A DNA stretch of 64,000 nt from Octopus vulgaris (GCA_951406725.2 OX597832.1:38254001-38318000), one strand, 5' to 3'; counted from the stretch's first letter, positions 43,152-57,846 are shown. Program-made: numbers and translations. The notes: a model not told the origin generated them from the letters alone.

Positions 43152-43597
43152 ATTCTTTCTTACTCTAGGCACAAGGCCCGAAATTTTGGGGGAGCGGACT
43201 AGTCGATTAGATCGACCCCAGTACGTCACTGGTACTCAATTTATCGACCCCGAAAGGGTGAAAGGCAAAGTCGACCACGGCGGAATTTGAACTCAGAACG
43301 TAACGGCAGACGAAATACCTATTTCTTTACTACACACAAGGAGCTAAACACAGAGAGGACAAACAAGGACAGACAAACGGATTAAGTCCATTATATCGAC
43401 CCCAGTGCTTAACTGGTACTTATTTAATCGACCCCGAAAGGATGAAAGGCAAAGTCGGCCTCGGATGAATTTGAACTCAGAACGTAGCGGCAGACGAAAT
43501 TTCGCCCGGCGTGCTAACGTTTCTGCCAGCTCGCCGCCAGACGAAATACCGCTAAGTATTTCGAGCGGCGTGCCAACGATTCTGCTAGCTCACTGCC

Positions 43598-43599
<2 letters not shown>
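43152..43599 (-). mobile_element. SINE family A (alternative tail), split by a nested family A copy at 43320-43537
   Basis: 13-bp TSD cagacgaaatacc at 43307-43319 and 43538-43550; the outer copy resumes after the second TSD. Confidence 0.88.
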
Positions 43600-43671
<72 letters not shown>

Positions 43672-43676
43672 GTCTG

Positions 43677-43732
<56 letters not shown>

Positions 43733-43733
43733 G

Positions 43734-43806
<73 letters not shown>

Positions 43807-43820
43807 TATATATATATATA

Positions 43821-43984
43821 CACGACGGGCCTCTTTCAGTTTCCGTCAACCAAATCCACTCACAAGACTCTAGACGGCCCGAGGCCATAGTAGAAGACAC
43901 TTTCGTATGGTGCTACGTAGTGGGACTGAACCCGGAACCATGTGGTTGGGAAGCAAGCTACTTACCACACAGCCACTCCTCCGC
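43821..43984 (-). mobile_element. SINE family B, 5' portion
   Basis: tttcagtttccgtcaaccaaatccactcacaag...gggactgaacccggaaccatgtggttgg. Confidence 0.85.
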
Positions 43985-44033
<49 letters not shown>

Positions 44034-44210
44034 ATGTGTGTGTGTACGTGTGTTCGCTCGCATACGCGTGTGCCTATTTGTTCGTGACCATGATCATGTG
44101 TATATGTGAGTATGTCTAAGTATGAATATAAGTACATGGAGATATCTTAACACGTTTGCATATAAATATATAGATGTGTGTGTGTGTGCGTGCATGAGTG
44201 TGCGTGTGAA

Positions 44211-44266
<56 letters not shown>

Positions 44267-44685
44267 TACGTATATGCCAACATACCACTCACACACACAC
44301 GCCCAAGACATCCACATCAGCATTCTCAGTTGACAGCCAGAGAACTAGATAGGCCACGGTACGTTACGGTGAGTAATGTTAACTAGACGCTGAGTGCGTG
44401 ACATGGACTCGAGTACGGCTGCTTCAGTAAATAGCACTGTCTTAAGTTCACCTATAAACAATAATAATATTTATTTGACTTCACAGTCCTACACCTCTGC
44501 ACAGTTTCTTCGACTTCCCGCTAGGTTATATAACATTCACGCAACTTCCGGCCGACTAAGTTTTTTAATATTTGTTTTTTTTTTCTTTTTGCATTTTCTA
44601 ATGTTAATATTTTTTTGAATAATTTATTTTGTATTTTTGTATTGTGTTTGTATCAGGTTTTCGATTCGCGTTTAATGTATCAGCT

Positions 44686-44717
<32 letters not shown>

Positions 44718-44918
44718 AATATGTATATATATATATACATATATACATATATATATATAAATATATGTGTGTGTGTATATACATATATATATATATATTT
44801 ATATATATACATAAGTATATATATATGTGTGTGTATGTGTGTGTGTGTGTATTTGCCTATATTTATGCATATATATATACACATGCATACACACACAGAC
44901 ACACACACACACACACAT

Positions 44919-44984
<66 letters not shown>

Positions 44985-45125
44985 GTACATGTATATCAAA
45001 AAATGGTCACAGGTCCCTCTCAAGGCATAGATCATAAGGACAGTTTATCGGACTCTGTGGTGTGTATATAACTATCATTATTGATTCATACACACACACA
45101 CACACACACACAAGCACACACACAT

Positions 45126-45184
<59 letters not shown>

Positions 45185-45494
45185 ATGTTTCCTTAATAGC
45201 AAAGATCAACAAGAATTAACTGCAGAGAGGACTCAATACGTGATGTTGAGTCAAATATTTATTTAATGATACATACGTGTATGCGTATACGCTAGTGTAT
45301 ATATATATATGTGAGTGTGTGTGTATGTGAGTGTGTGTGTTTATATGTATATATATATATATATATATAAACACATACATATATATATACATACATATAG
45401 GTATATAAGTATATGTACATATATGTGTGTTTGAGTGCGTGTGTGCGCGTATGTGTGTTATATGCATATATATTTATATAGTTATTCATATACA

Positions 45495-45559
<65 letters not shown>

Positions 45560-45974
45560 GTATATTTATGTATATATATCTATAGAAAGAGAGAGAAACA
45601 CACGTACATACGTATATACATATATACATACACACACGCACAATTTATGCATGCCCAGGCAACATTTATTCAACACGCAGTGGCACCGTATGTTTATTTA
45701 GACTGCCTGTGTAGATAAACAAAAAAGATATGACATCTCACGATGTTGGATCTTTCACGCCTAGTTAGCTTTCTGTTTTGATGTTTGGTCTTTGCTTGGT
45801 GCAAGAGTAAGCTGCATCTTGCAAGTGTATTGTAAAATAGCGATGGCAGAGGCAGCAGTGAAGTTGGCGGATGGGGGTGGGATAAACACTAATATCAAAT
45901 AAATGGAAAAATAACGAATATGAAATAAATTCTGTTCCTCTGTCAATGTGTCTGCTTCTATGTCTGAATGTTTT

Positions 45975-46064
<90 letters not shown>

Positions 46065-46073
46065 CATCTATCC

Positions 46074-46129
<56 letters not shown>

Positions 46130-46138
46130 ATCTGTCTG

Positions 46139-46174
<36 letters not shown>

Positions 46175-46200
46175 CCTACCTATCTATCTATCTATCTACC
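45975..46200. repeat. (TATC)n microsatellite
   Basis: Direct reading. Confidence 0.95.
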
Positions 46201-47082
46201 TGTTTGTCCATCTGACAATATTTGTAGTATTTCTCTGTTTCTCTCTTACATTCTCTATTTTCTCCTCTCTCTTTCTCTCTCTCTCCCTATCTATGAATAA
46301 CGATTACTTAATAGCAAAGATCAACACTCATGAACTTCAGAGAGGACTCAATGCAGGGCGATAGATAGATGAATTATATAAACGTTAATAGAAGAATAAT
46401 GCGAAAAATTGACTCTGTAGAATATCTTGGTTATTTTACAAACAAAATGTTAAAAGAATGTGCTCATTGAGAAGAATCTGTTGGTGAAAATTTCGTTTAA
46501 AAATATTAGCTAGGAAAAAAGTAGTGTGGCTTTATGTGAAGAAAAACTGGTAGGTAACCCCCCCCCCAAAATTGTCTTTGAACCAAACTATCTCAGCTGC
46601 TGGGAAAACAAAACCCAAACAAAACAAGTATACAATATTTGTATTCAAATGAAAGACCTGTATGAAATAAATCTTATTACACAAAAGTGGTGTGGCTTTA
46701 AGTGACGACGAAAAGATAATCATTTAATAAATCAAAATATTTTTGACATTTTAAGATATTTAGCGTTATAAAAGACGGTACCGGACGACAATGGTAATTA
46801 GCTAACGTACAGAACGCTAAAGCAGATTTGGAGAGATATGGGGTTCGGTACTCTCTATCGGCTTACTGACTTGCATTTTCTTAGAGTTTCGAAGAACTTC
46901 TAAGATATTCTAAGCTGTTTTCACTGCTATTCTGTGATGGAGGTTTTACTTCAGGTAAAAGATCTTTATGAGAAGAATCTTATGGTGAAAACGTTGTCAA
47001 AAAAATATTAACTACAAGAAAATATGTGTGGCAGTGACGAGAAAAGGTGATAATTTTGGGAAATATAAATATTTGTCCTTTT

Positions 47083-47390
47083 GTGTTTTTTTTGTGCCTT
47101 ATAATGTAACACACTCACCGCTAAAATTTCCCCTTATTTCTTACATTTATTTTTATTTTCCTAAAATTTTCGTTGCGTCTTGCAACCTTTTCACTATTCA
47201 AGACTACAGAAAAGGTAGCAAGACGCAACGAAAATTTTAGGAAAAATAAGAATAAGGAATAGGTGGAAATTTTACCGATGAGTGTTTTAAATTATAAGGC
47301 ACAAAAAGAAATTGACTCTCCCCAGACACAACAGAATATGCTTCAACACACGAACTCATATAAAGAATCTTGCAAACCAAATCCAAAAAC
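47083..47390. mobile_element. Fold-back element (about 105-bp arms plus unpaired extension) flanked by a direct repeat
   Basis: tttgtgccttataat...ttttcctaaaattttcgttgcgtcttgcaacctttt / aaaaggtagcaagacgcaacgaaaattttaggaaaa...attataaggcacaaa; gaaatataaatatttg at 47060-47075 and 47391-47406; a related fragment at about 48212-48278. Confidence 0.75.
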
Positions 47391-48879
47391 GAAATATAAA
47401 TATTTGCCTTTTCAAGAGAAAAATATTATAATTTGAACTCATATGAAGACGTTCAATGGGGTGAATATTTTGGAGAATACCCCGTATAAGAGCATTGTGT
47501 TTAAAATAGTTACGAAATTTTGTGATTTTATATAATTTTCATTATTCTGTTTATGTATTAAAAATGTACATATTAAAAACATATCAAAATTAAAAAAAGC
47601 AATCATTAAAAAAACTAATTATAAATTATCTACTAGCAATATAACATTACTTTATAATAAAAATTGTTTAAAAGTATGTTTATTTGCAACAGGTATGCTG
47701 TTATTGATCCTTTGTTATTTTTAGGTGTAAATAAGATTCCTAACTTTGAATAAAATCTATAATTAAAATATATTCACAATAATATCATTTTTTGTTCAAT
47801 TATAAAGTTAAATATAATTAATTAGGAGAGTAGAAGCGTTGCCGGAGAAGATGAAAGTGGACTAGAAGGAAAACTGCGAGCACAGAATCCTAGAATATTC
47901 CTAAGTATTGAACCTGCTAAAATAAAGAACAAGCAGTCGTTAAGCCTGGAAAGATATAGGACAAGAAGCAAAAAATATTTTTATTGAAGTTAGAATTTAC
48001 TAAATAAAATTCTGAAATTCCTCATCAAATAGTGTGTGCACTGTTTTGTTTTTTTATATGTTTTTATTTTTTATTGTAATTTTTTTTAAAATCAGTTCAT
48101 AGATTTGATTTTTAAAAAAAAATTGCATTAAGGTAAAATATTATTTTTAAAATATCATTTTTTATTGTCTCAGGGGAGAGTAATACTGCCTTAATGCCTT
48201 AAGATGTTACATACACACCGGTTTAATTTCCACTCATTTGTTATTTATATATATATTCCTTCCAAAATTTTCGTTGCTTTGCAGTGGATGTAACAAAACT
48301 CATTAACCAAAAATTTTAATGTCACAGATATTGTATTATAAAATTAAACTTATGTAGAATATACGTAATTCAAAAGAGCAAAAACTAGTAAAAATATTTT
48401 TTTAAGGAAACAAAAGAATTAATTCCTTTAAAGTTTGCATTATCAGATAAAGTATCTTCTATTTACATTTAGAACAACTTTTCTAAAAAGAAAATGGAAG
48501 CTGGTGGACAAATTGAGTGAAAATGTAGAAATGACTCTAGGTCTTTAAAAAATAATTGGGGTTTATAACTGTCAATTTTGCGTAAATTGCTGTTTTGAGA
48601 TTTTTTAAATATATAAGTTTGTAATATCAAATTTTTTGAGTAAGCTTGTGGACAATTAGTCCTTTCTCTAAGATGAAAAATAAATAGCTTCATGAGTATT
48701 TTAATTTAAACTTCAAGTAATATATATATGTATATATATATATATATATACTTTTTCTTTTTGTCCTGTACTCTTCCAGGTTTCACCACTGCTTATTCAT
48801 TACCTTTCCATGTTCAATACTCAACAATATTCGAGGATCTTGCGCCACCATTTTTCGTTCTACTTTATGTATGTGGGTG

Positions 48880-49006
<127 letters not shown>

Positions 49007-49807
49007 GTGTGTGTGTGTAGCATTTACTTTATATAAATTCTCTGATTTAGTGTGATGTATGTTTTGTCGAATTCAAATGTGAACAAGAGTTCGCTTTTGA
49101 TAAACATGGTTCTGTAGGGCTCCCTATAGTTTCACATGTAGTTTGCAATGATGGGGCATATCGTCATACGAACGATAAACTCTCGTGGAAATTATAAAAG
49201 AAGAGTCTGAAAGAGGACTATTATTGCTCAAGATAACCATTGCACATCCTCAGACAGATATACATGGTCAATAACAAAACTAAAACAAAAAGAAAAAACA
49301 AAAAAAGCGCACGTGCGCACGCATCACATACCTACGTACATACACACACGACTATACTAGCGGAGATAATTTCAATAAATCAAGAACTTATCATTTTCGA
49401 ATCTTTAGTATACATTAATCTTTGATGTATGTTCAAATGCATGTTACTGAGCTATATCAATTTATACGTTCATACACGTGTGTATATATATATGTATATA
49501 TATGAATATATATATCCATATATGTATATATACGTGTGTGTGTATGTACATATACAACCATATATATACATGCTTATATACATACATACGTGTACATGTA
49601 TATATTATGCATGTATGAATATAACAGCGCGTATGGGGTAAGAGTGACATTATTTATGCATAACGGATATATAGATAACTAGGTAATTTAATCAACAGTA
49701 TGGGTTCATACAGGTATCCGCGATAGATTATGCAAGTTATCTGCGTGGACACATAAACACTTACACACCCGCATGCCTGTAAACATATGTGTGTGTGTGT
49801 GTGTGAA

Positions 49808-50132
49808 GGTGCATGGCTTAGTGGTTAGAGCGTCGAGCTTACGATAGTGAGGTGGTGAGTTTGATTCCCGGCTGCGTGTTGTGTTCTTGAACAAGACACT
49901 TTATTTCACGTTGCTCCAGTTCACTCAGCTGTAGAAATGAGTCGCGACATCACTGGTGCCGAGCTGTATCCACCTTTTCCTTTCCCTTAGATAACATCAG
50001 TAGTGCGGAGAGGGGCGGCTGGTATCCATGGGCGACTGCTGGCCTTCCGTAAACAACCTTGCCCGGACTTGTGCCTCGGAGGGTCACTTTCAAGGTGTAA
50101 TCCCATGGTCAATCATGACTGAAGGGGATCGC
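49808..50132 (+). mobile_element. tRNA-derived SINE, family C, full length
   Basis: ggtgcatggcttagtggttagagcg (A box) ...gagtttgattccc (B box), CORE/V-like gtgttcttgaacaagacacttt, cactcagctgtagaaatgagt. Confidence 0.85.
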
Positions 50133-50155
50133 CTCCTATATATATATATACAGAT

Positions 50156-50497
<342 letters not shown>

Positions 50498-50541
50498 ATC
50501 ATATATGCATACATATATATATATAAATATGTGTGTGTGTG

Positions 50542-50575
<34 letters not shown>

Positions 50576-51157
50576 CTCATGTATACACATGCATACACAT
50601 GCGTATATACATGCTCACAAGTGTACGAATACACTCCACTAACGCACGCGCACATACACACATACACACATACACGACACACAGACGTACACAGACACAC
50701 ACACACACACACACACTCACACACACTCACACACACACACACACACTCATATATATTTTATTGTATATTTCGATACGATTGCACCCTAGCCAGACAAGAG
50801 CATTCGTTTTCTAATATTTCTCCCCCCCCCTTCGTCTTCCCGCCACTATTGATAATATGTTAACCTACTTCACATGTGATCCAAACTGCGACAACAAACA
50901 TCACCTTGTGTTGTCGCTGGTATCTTCTAGAAGCATTTTTCACCTCAAAACACACATGCAGCGGTTAAGAAGCTAAGGGGTTATAACAGCGGTTTATGGC
51001 ATGGTGTGAAGGTCGATGCACACACAACCGCCATTACTTTCAACTAGCGACAGGCGGTATTTCTGTTCGGAGCTTAAAGCCTACTTTCTAGAATCGACAT
51101 TATTATTCTTGTGTTGGTTTTCTGGGGTTTTTTATGTCGTCGTTGTTTTTATTTATT

Positions 51158-51398
51158 GCAGAATCGTTAGCAAGGCGAGAAAAAACAAACAAAAGAGAAA
51201 CAAAAAAACACAGGCATAACGTTATTTCTTCCGGTTTTAATTATTTGAGTTCAAATTTCGCCGAAGTTGACTTTGCCTTCCATCCATCATTTCGTATTCG
51301 ATAAAATAAATACTGGTCAAATACTGGAGCCTGTGTAAACTACTAGTCTTCTCCGCCTAAATTTCAGGCCTTGTGCCTACAGCAGGAAAAAAGGAATA
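51158..51398 (+). mobile_element. SINE family A, alternative tail, diverged
   Basis: gcagaatcgttagca...gagttcaaatttcgccgaagttgactttgccttccatcc...aaatttcaggccttgtgcct. Confidence 0.75.
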
Positions 51399-51477
51399 TC
51401 ATCATCCTCATCATCATCATCATCATCATCGCCACCACCACCACCACCACCACCAGCGCCATCATCATCATCATCAA

Positions 51478-51534
<57 letters not shown>

Positions 51535-51538
51535 TATT

Positions 51539-51597
<59 letters not shown>

Positions 51598-51608
51598 TAT
51601 TATTATTG

Positions 51609-51675
<67 letters not shown>

Positions 51676-51686
51676 TATTATTATTG

Positions 51687-51747
<61 letters not shown>

Positions 51748-51758
51748 TATTATTATTG

Positions 51759-51825
<67 letters not shown>
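51398..51825. repeat. (ATC)n/(ACC)n/(ATT)n compound array
   Basis: Direct reading; contains three copies of a variant block actattattattattgttgtt. Confidence 0.95.
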
Positions 51826-52378
51826 CTCTTGCAGTGTGGAAACATTGGCTTACTTCTGTCTTCGAAGTTTGATCTATTGAAACAGTACCAAATGATATTT
51901 TCCCTTCATCATTTGTTAACAAGTTCTGTAAATGCCTAAGGCCTGTCCTCGATGCCCGGGAATAGACAACAGCAACAACAACAAAATGGAGGCTCCTTTC
52001 ACAAACTTTGAAATTCTATTTTCACACTCAAAATAGTTACTTTGCATAATTACGATACAAGATTACATACTACAATGCCGAAGAAACAACACAAAAACCG
52101 AAACACGGAAGTATATGTCAAAAGGAAAGGAGAAGATGAAGAATATTCCGAATGGAAGCGTCCTAAAAAGTCAAATAAATAAATATGAAGATGGAGATGT
52201 TAACAACAAAAGCGATAGGGACTCTTCTACAGAGTCATATACTATGGTCCCTTCATACAGCAGCTGTGTTAAGGCAAACCATCCCCTAATACAAACTAAA
52301 CACATTTTAGCTCTAACGCACTCACAATAAAACATTGTTTCCGACAGGAAAGGTCAACGAGAAAAATTAGATATACCT

Positions 52379-52612
52379 ATTTCTTTACTAACCACAAGGG
52401 GCTAAACACAGAGAGGACAAACAAGGGTAGACAAAGGGATTAAGTTTGATTACATCGACCCCAGTGCGTAACTGGTACTTAATTTATCGAGCCCGAAAGG
52501 ATGAAAGGCAAAGTCGACCTCGGCGGAATTTGAACTCAGAACGTAGCAGCAGACCAAATTCGGCTAAGCATTTCGCCCGGCGTGCTAACGTTTCTACCAG
52601 CTCGCCGCCTTT
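52379..52612 (-). mobile_element. SINE family A, full length, 9-bp TSD
   Basis: TSD gatatacct at 52370-52378 and 52614-52622. Confidence 0.92.
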
Positions 52613-53182
52613 TGATATACCTGCTTACGAAAGTATGTAAGGGGTCTAAATCTTTCCTCACGCGAATTTACAACAGGCTTTCCAGAACTTAACGGGGGAA
52701 GTTCTCTCAAATGAAAACGATAAAACATTTTACGTTGTCTGCTCTGGATTCAAAACTAAAAGCTTAGCCAAAATACAAACGAAAATTGCCATAAATACTT
52801 CTGATTTTATATTCATGCCCCAACATAGGTCTAAGAAATGCAAGAATGGCAATAAGAGACATCGGAAAAGATGTAGATTCATAGCTAGGCGTGTATCTCG
52901 GTAAGGCAAAGTGGTCAAAGCAGGGCTTACGAAAAGTGATGTTTGATGAAAGGGCATCAAAATATTTAATGGCTTTACAAGTCCTAAATAACACCGAAAG
53001 TCTCAGAATTACACTGGAACTGTGACCTACAATAGACGCCGAGCTAACAGCATGAGTCTAAAGCTTTGCGGTATAAGCCAAAATCGCTACATTTGTTGAA
53101 ATGAAATTCCACTCAGAACTCAAAAAGAAATATAAAGTTTAAGCGAAAAAAAAATCGAATAACAAAAATAATATATATATAT

Positions 53183-53394
53183 AGTGGAAAATGATGAGAA
53201 GCACCAGTATAGATATTTAGTTCAATGTACGTTTCGCCATTGCAGTTCCATGGGACTCAGCATTGAATGTACCATATGTATTTGGATGCCTTACGGCGTC
53301 TGGAACATCCTGTGCTGAGCTGTAAATAACGGCTATGTTGAAACGTACGTAACAACGAAATATTTAAACTGGTGTTTATCTTCATTTTCCACTT
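53183..53394. mobile_element. Degenerate inverted-repeat element next to (TA)n
   Basis: agtggaaaatgatgagaagcaccagtatagatattt...gtacgtttc / gaaacgtac...aaatatttaaactggtgtttatcttcattttccact. Confidence 0.6.
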
Positions 53395-53559
53395 CATATG
53401 GTCTGTATATCATAACTCGTAGCACTTCAAACCACTACACTGGAAGCTGACAGGTTTGTTGATAATCTGCGTGAAAATCCAACTCGTACATAGTCTAACT
53501 CTATACTCATGATATACATAGATACATACGTACACATACACACACACACAAACATATAG

Positions 53560-53590
<31 letters not shown>

Positions 53591-53643
53591 TATATATATG
53601 CATTTGTACATAATATATATATGCACATTATATATATATATAA

Positions 53644-53699
<56 letters not shown>

Positions 53700-53793
53700 C
53701 GGTCGTAGGAATACGGTTTCGATTCCCAGACCGGGCGTTGTGTGTTTATTGAGCGAAAACACCTAAAAGTTTGATGAAGTTTGATATATATAT

Positions 53794-54271
53794 ATAACCA
53801 CCGGAGGGAACATGCATATCAAAGAAACCGAAGGTGTCTTGGTTTCGAACTTGTTCGGGTATTATTAACTCCAGTGCGGTTAAATCGACGCATGATAACT
53901 CTGTTAGAATTGTTTATGCATCGGTTAGATCACAAAAACCAAAATAAATTTTCGAGATTGACGAAAATTACATGCATCACACACACATATATATAACATA
54001 CATAAACACATACACGCGAGTGCTTAAACACATGTGTGTATGTGTTTGTGTGTTTTCTACATGTAATGCGTGTAAGTTTCGTCGATTCCAACTGAACAAA
54101 AACGCACATCATAGAAATTTTATTCTGGTTTTTATGATCTAACCGATAGATAAACAATCTGACAGAGTTATCATGCGTCGATTTAACCGCACTGGAGTTG
54201 ATAATACGCAAGCAAGTTCGAAACCCAGAGCCCTCGGTTGCTTTGATATGCATGTTCCCTCCGGGGGTTAT
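53794..54271. mobile_element. MITE with about 160-190 bp terminal inverted repeats
   Basis: ataaccaccggagggaacatgcatatcaaag...aactccagtgcggttaaatcgacgcatgataactctg / cagagttatcatgcgtcgatttaaccgcactggagtt...ctttgatatgcatgttccctccgggggttat. Confidence 0.85.
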
Positions 54272-54361
54272 GACCTCAGTATTATTTTAGAGCGAAGTTG
54301 CAAATTCATACCAGAATATATTAATAGATACATACCTTCTCACCACATACATACATGCATA

Positions 54362-54395
<34 letters not shown>

Positions 54396-54652
54396 CATAC
54401 ATACATACATACATACATACATGTAGACAGACAGATATACAGACAAACGTTCAAACTGACAGACACACACACACGTATATATATATATATATATATATAT
54501 ACCTATGCACAAGCATACACACATATATGCGTATATATAATATATATGAAATGTATATGTGTTTATATGTTATGTATACGTATACGAATGTATGCATATA
54601 CCTATGCACATTCACACGCACGTGTAATGTATATGCGTATATATGTTATATT

Positions 54653-54737
<85 letters not shown>

Positions 54738-54846
54738 TTATATATTCATATATATATAAATATATGCGAATGTATTTATACATGTATATATGTATAAGTA
54801 CACATATGTATGTATGCATGCAGCTAGACACGGAGACACACACACA

Positions 54847-54877
<31 letters not shown>

Positions 54878-55104
54878 CCACAGGTTGATAGATGTGTCCC
54901 CAGTGTTACCCGCCTCCAGCTGACTTTCCCGGCTTCCCCTCCAGTCGATACTATGACGTCACATTATTACACTAAACATCTGTCCATCACATCTAGTCAA
55001 CTGCATCTCGATTGTGTCATCATCGGTTCTGTAACCATCGTGTTGCACTGACGATGCACCCCGAACGCCTTCGACCCGCCCACACGGCTTACTTAGTCAC
55101 CGTT

Positions 55105-55845
55105 TCAACACCACCACCACCACCACCACCTCCACCACCACCATAACTACTACCAGCAGTGCCGAAACCGCCGCCACCATCGCCTATGGTGAAAATAGTA
55201 ATGACAAACAGATATATATATACCCAACCGCGACATTCCCCCATCACCTTGACTAATAACAATGCACCCCACCAATACTAATATTAGCGCATCACCGCTA
55301 CCACTAGCTCCCGCACCTCGCCTCCACTACGAATGCTAGTCTCGACATCTCACCTCTACCATCGCCACCACCACCACCACCACCACCACCACCACCACCA
55401 CCAACACCATCACCACCACCACCACCACCACCACCACCAGCATCGCCACCACCGCCATCGCCACAACCACCACCACCAGCATCGCCACCACCACCGCCAT
55501 CAGCACCAATACGTTCTATCGCGATCACCACCATCAGTACTAGCAGCAAGACCTCATCTCTACCACCAACACTATCGCCAACAACCACCAGTAACAGTAC
55601 TACGACCAATACCTTACTAATACCACAACTGCTACCATCACCATCATCATCATCACCACCACCACCACCACCACCACCAACACCACCACCACCGCCACCG
55701 TCGCCGCCACCACCACAATCACAACCGCCATATCACAACCACTATCATCACCATCACTATCACCATTACTACCACCATCACCAACATTACAACCACAGCC
55801 ACTGTCGTATCCATATCTACCACCACCACCACCAACAACACAACC
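55105..55845. repeat. Degenerate (CAC/CAT/CGC)n low-complexity region
   Basis: Direct reading. Confidence 0.9.
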
Positions 55846-56239
55846 CTCAAAGAACGATCCAACGATCCAACTAAAGTGATGCTATATGGTCACTCCATTG
55901 GCTAGAAACAGCAACCAAGTCTTCAAATCATACATTCCGCAGATTTAATACAAGTTAACTGTGCCTAGTTTTCCCTTTATTTTGTTGTACCTGTTTTAAT
56001 TAACTATTGCATTCTATGCTGATGGAGTTCTTAAGCGGTTCCTTCATTTATTGCAGCAAGCCTCCACACCAACTCATGTCCATCTCTTCTAGACCTACAC
56101 AGTGATACTCTGTCACTGAATCTGGCAAGTACCAGTAAGATGTGAACTTCAATGATGAGGACTAATAAGACGAAAACATGTACGAAGTTATCACTAAATT
56201 TTCCAAAGGACAGATTTATTGAATATTGGTTTCAAAGTG

Positions 56240-56410
56240 TGGCACAAGGCCAGCAGTTTCTAGGGAGCTCGGTTGGTACTTAATTTATCGACCCCGAAAG
56301 GATGAAAGGCAAGTCGACCTCGGGGGAACTTGAACTCAGAACGTAAGGATGGATGAAATGCCGCTAGGTATTTTACCCGGCGTGCTAACGATTCTGTTGG
56401 CTCGATACCT
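56240..56410 (-). mobile_element. SINE family A with internal deletion
   Basis: ggtacttaatttatcgaccccgaaaggatgaaaggcaagtcgacctcgg...gaactcagaacgtaa. Confidence 0.85.
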
Positions 56411-57064
56411 TAGATGAACTAAATATAAGCCGTTGAGGTAATGTTTTAATATCCTTACAGCATGGCCCTCCGTCTAATAAGTAGGGATAAAGGACCAGGT
56501 TATTCGCGTCATTAGAGCACCGCTGTCTGTAGCTGTATAGTTCGATGTTATTTCTCGAGTATAGCTCGGCTTGCATAGAGAACAGGTTGTTGATCAAGAA
56601 GCATGAACTAAAATTTGTGTACAGCGTCGTCACAGGAATTGCTTCTAGGAGCTCCGACACCAGATTTCATTTCGAGTTTACCCCCGGAGCCTCTTCTACA
56701 GACGGGTATGACCGCAAAGCAGCAATGGTTTAGTACCTGGGATTTCCGTCCCCTAGATGAGTTACCTCCACCCCAGCTTAAAGAGTTCCATCTGCCTAAA
56801 TGACTTGCTAATTAAACCCAGAACTGGGGACCTGACAGGTTCTACTGTTCTCGTCACAAACCTAGGAACAATAGGGGCTATGAGGTGTTTCCACACTCCT
56901 CAAAACTTTGGAACTGCCGAACCAGAACATCACTACTGGACGCAGTTCCAGTTTATTCCCAGAACACTGCCGGATATTTCAAAATTTTATTAATCAAAGT
57001 TTGAAAACCATCAGCCGAACTCTTTTCTCTTGACCAAGATTCCTTCTACAAACAGAAAAAAAAC

Positions 57065-57362
57065 CTGGCACTCCGTTAGTTACGACACCGAGGGTTTCAG
57101 TTAATCCGATCAACAGAATAGCCTGCTCGTGAAATTAACGTGCAAGTGGTTGAGCACTCCACAGACACACGAACCCTTACGTAGTTCTCAGGGACATTAA
57201 GCGTTGAATGGGACCATGCTGACATTTAAAAATACAGGTACTACTCATTTTTACTGGTTGAGCGAACACGAGCGACATGAAGTAAAGTCATCTGGTCAAG
57301 GAGACGATGTGCCAACGGGAATCGAACTCACAATTTGCGATCGTGAGCTGAGAACCCCTTAA
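57065..57362 (-). mobile_element. Diverged tRNA-derived SINE
   Basis: Minus strand head ...tcacgatcgcaaattgtgagttcgattcccgttgg (B box), then cttgaccagatgactttacttcatg resembling the family C centre. Confidence 0.65.
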
Positions 57363-57650
57363 CATCAGTCAACAAATTTGTTTTCCTCTCTTCATTAACA
57401 TCACGAATATCAACAGTACTAGTACGAACAACGACACCACGAACTCTATCGCTTGTCCTGCTGAAAATAGCAACTAAATATCACTCAAATCACACACTAA
57501 ATATCGGAACAAACATTTCATTGCCTGAAGAGATTTTTAAAAAAGTCAGATGACATGGTCACGGCTGGAATGCTCTTCGTAATAGGCCTGAAGCATCAAG
57601 GCTGACCTCGGACTAAACTACAACACCCTTGTCACATCATATTGCGAAGC

Positions 57651-57798
57651 ATTCTTCTTCTTCTTCTTCTTCTTCTTCTTCTTCTTCTTCTTCTTCTTCT
57701 TCTTCTTCTTCTTCTTCTTCTTCTTCTTCTTCTTCTTCTTCTTCTTCTTCTTCTTCTTCTTCTTCTTCTTCAACCACTTCCATTTCTGTTGCTGCTGT

Positions 57799-57846
<48 letters not shown>

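Noticed and set aside
49808-49880. tRNA gene
   Set aside because: A and B boxes are present but run into a SINE body and lack a proper acceptor stem; the same applies to the other SINE heads.
55304-55620. Poly-His / poly-Gly ORFs suggesting a structural or metal-binding protein
   Set aside because: Degenerate (CAC)n repeat open in several frames on both strands, with no splice or start context.
56145-56190. Hammerhead-like string atgatga...gaaaacatgta
   Set aside because: The core begins ATG rather than CTG and stem II does not pair convincingly.
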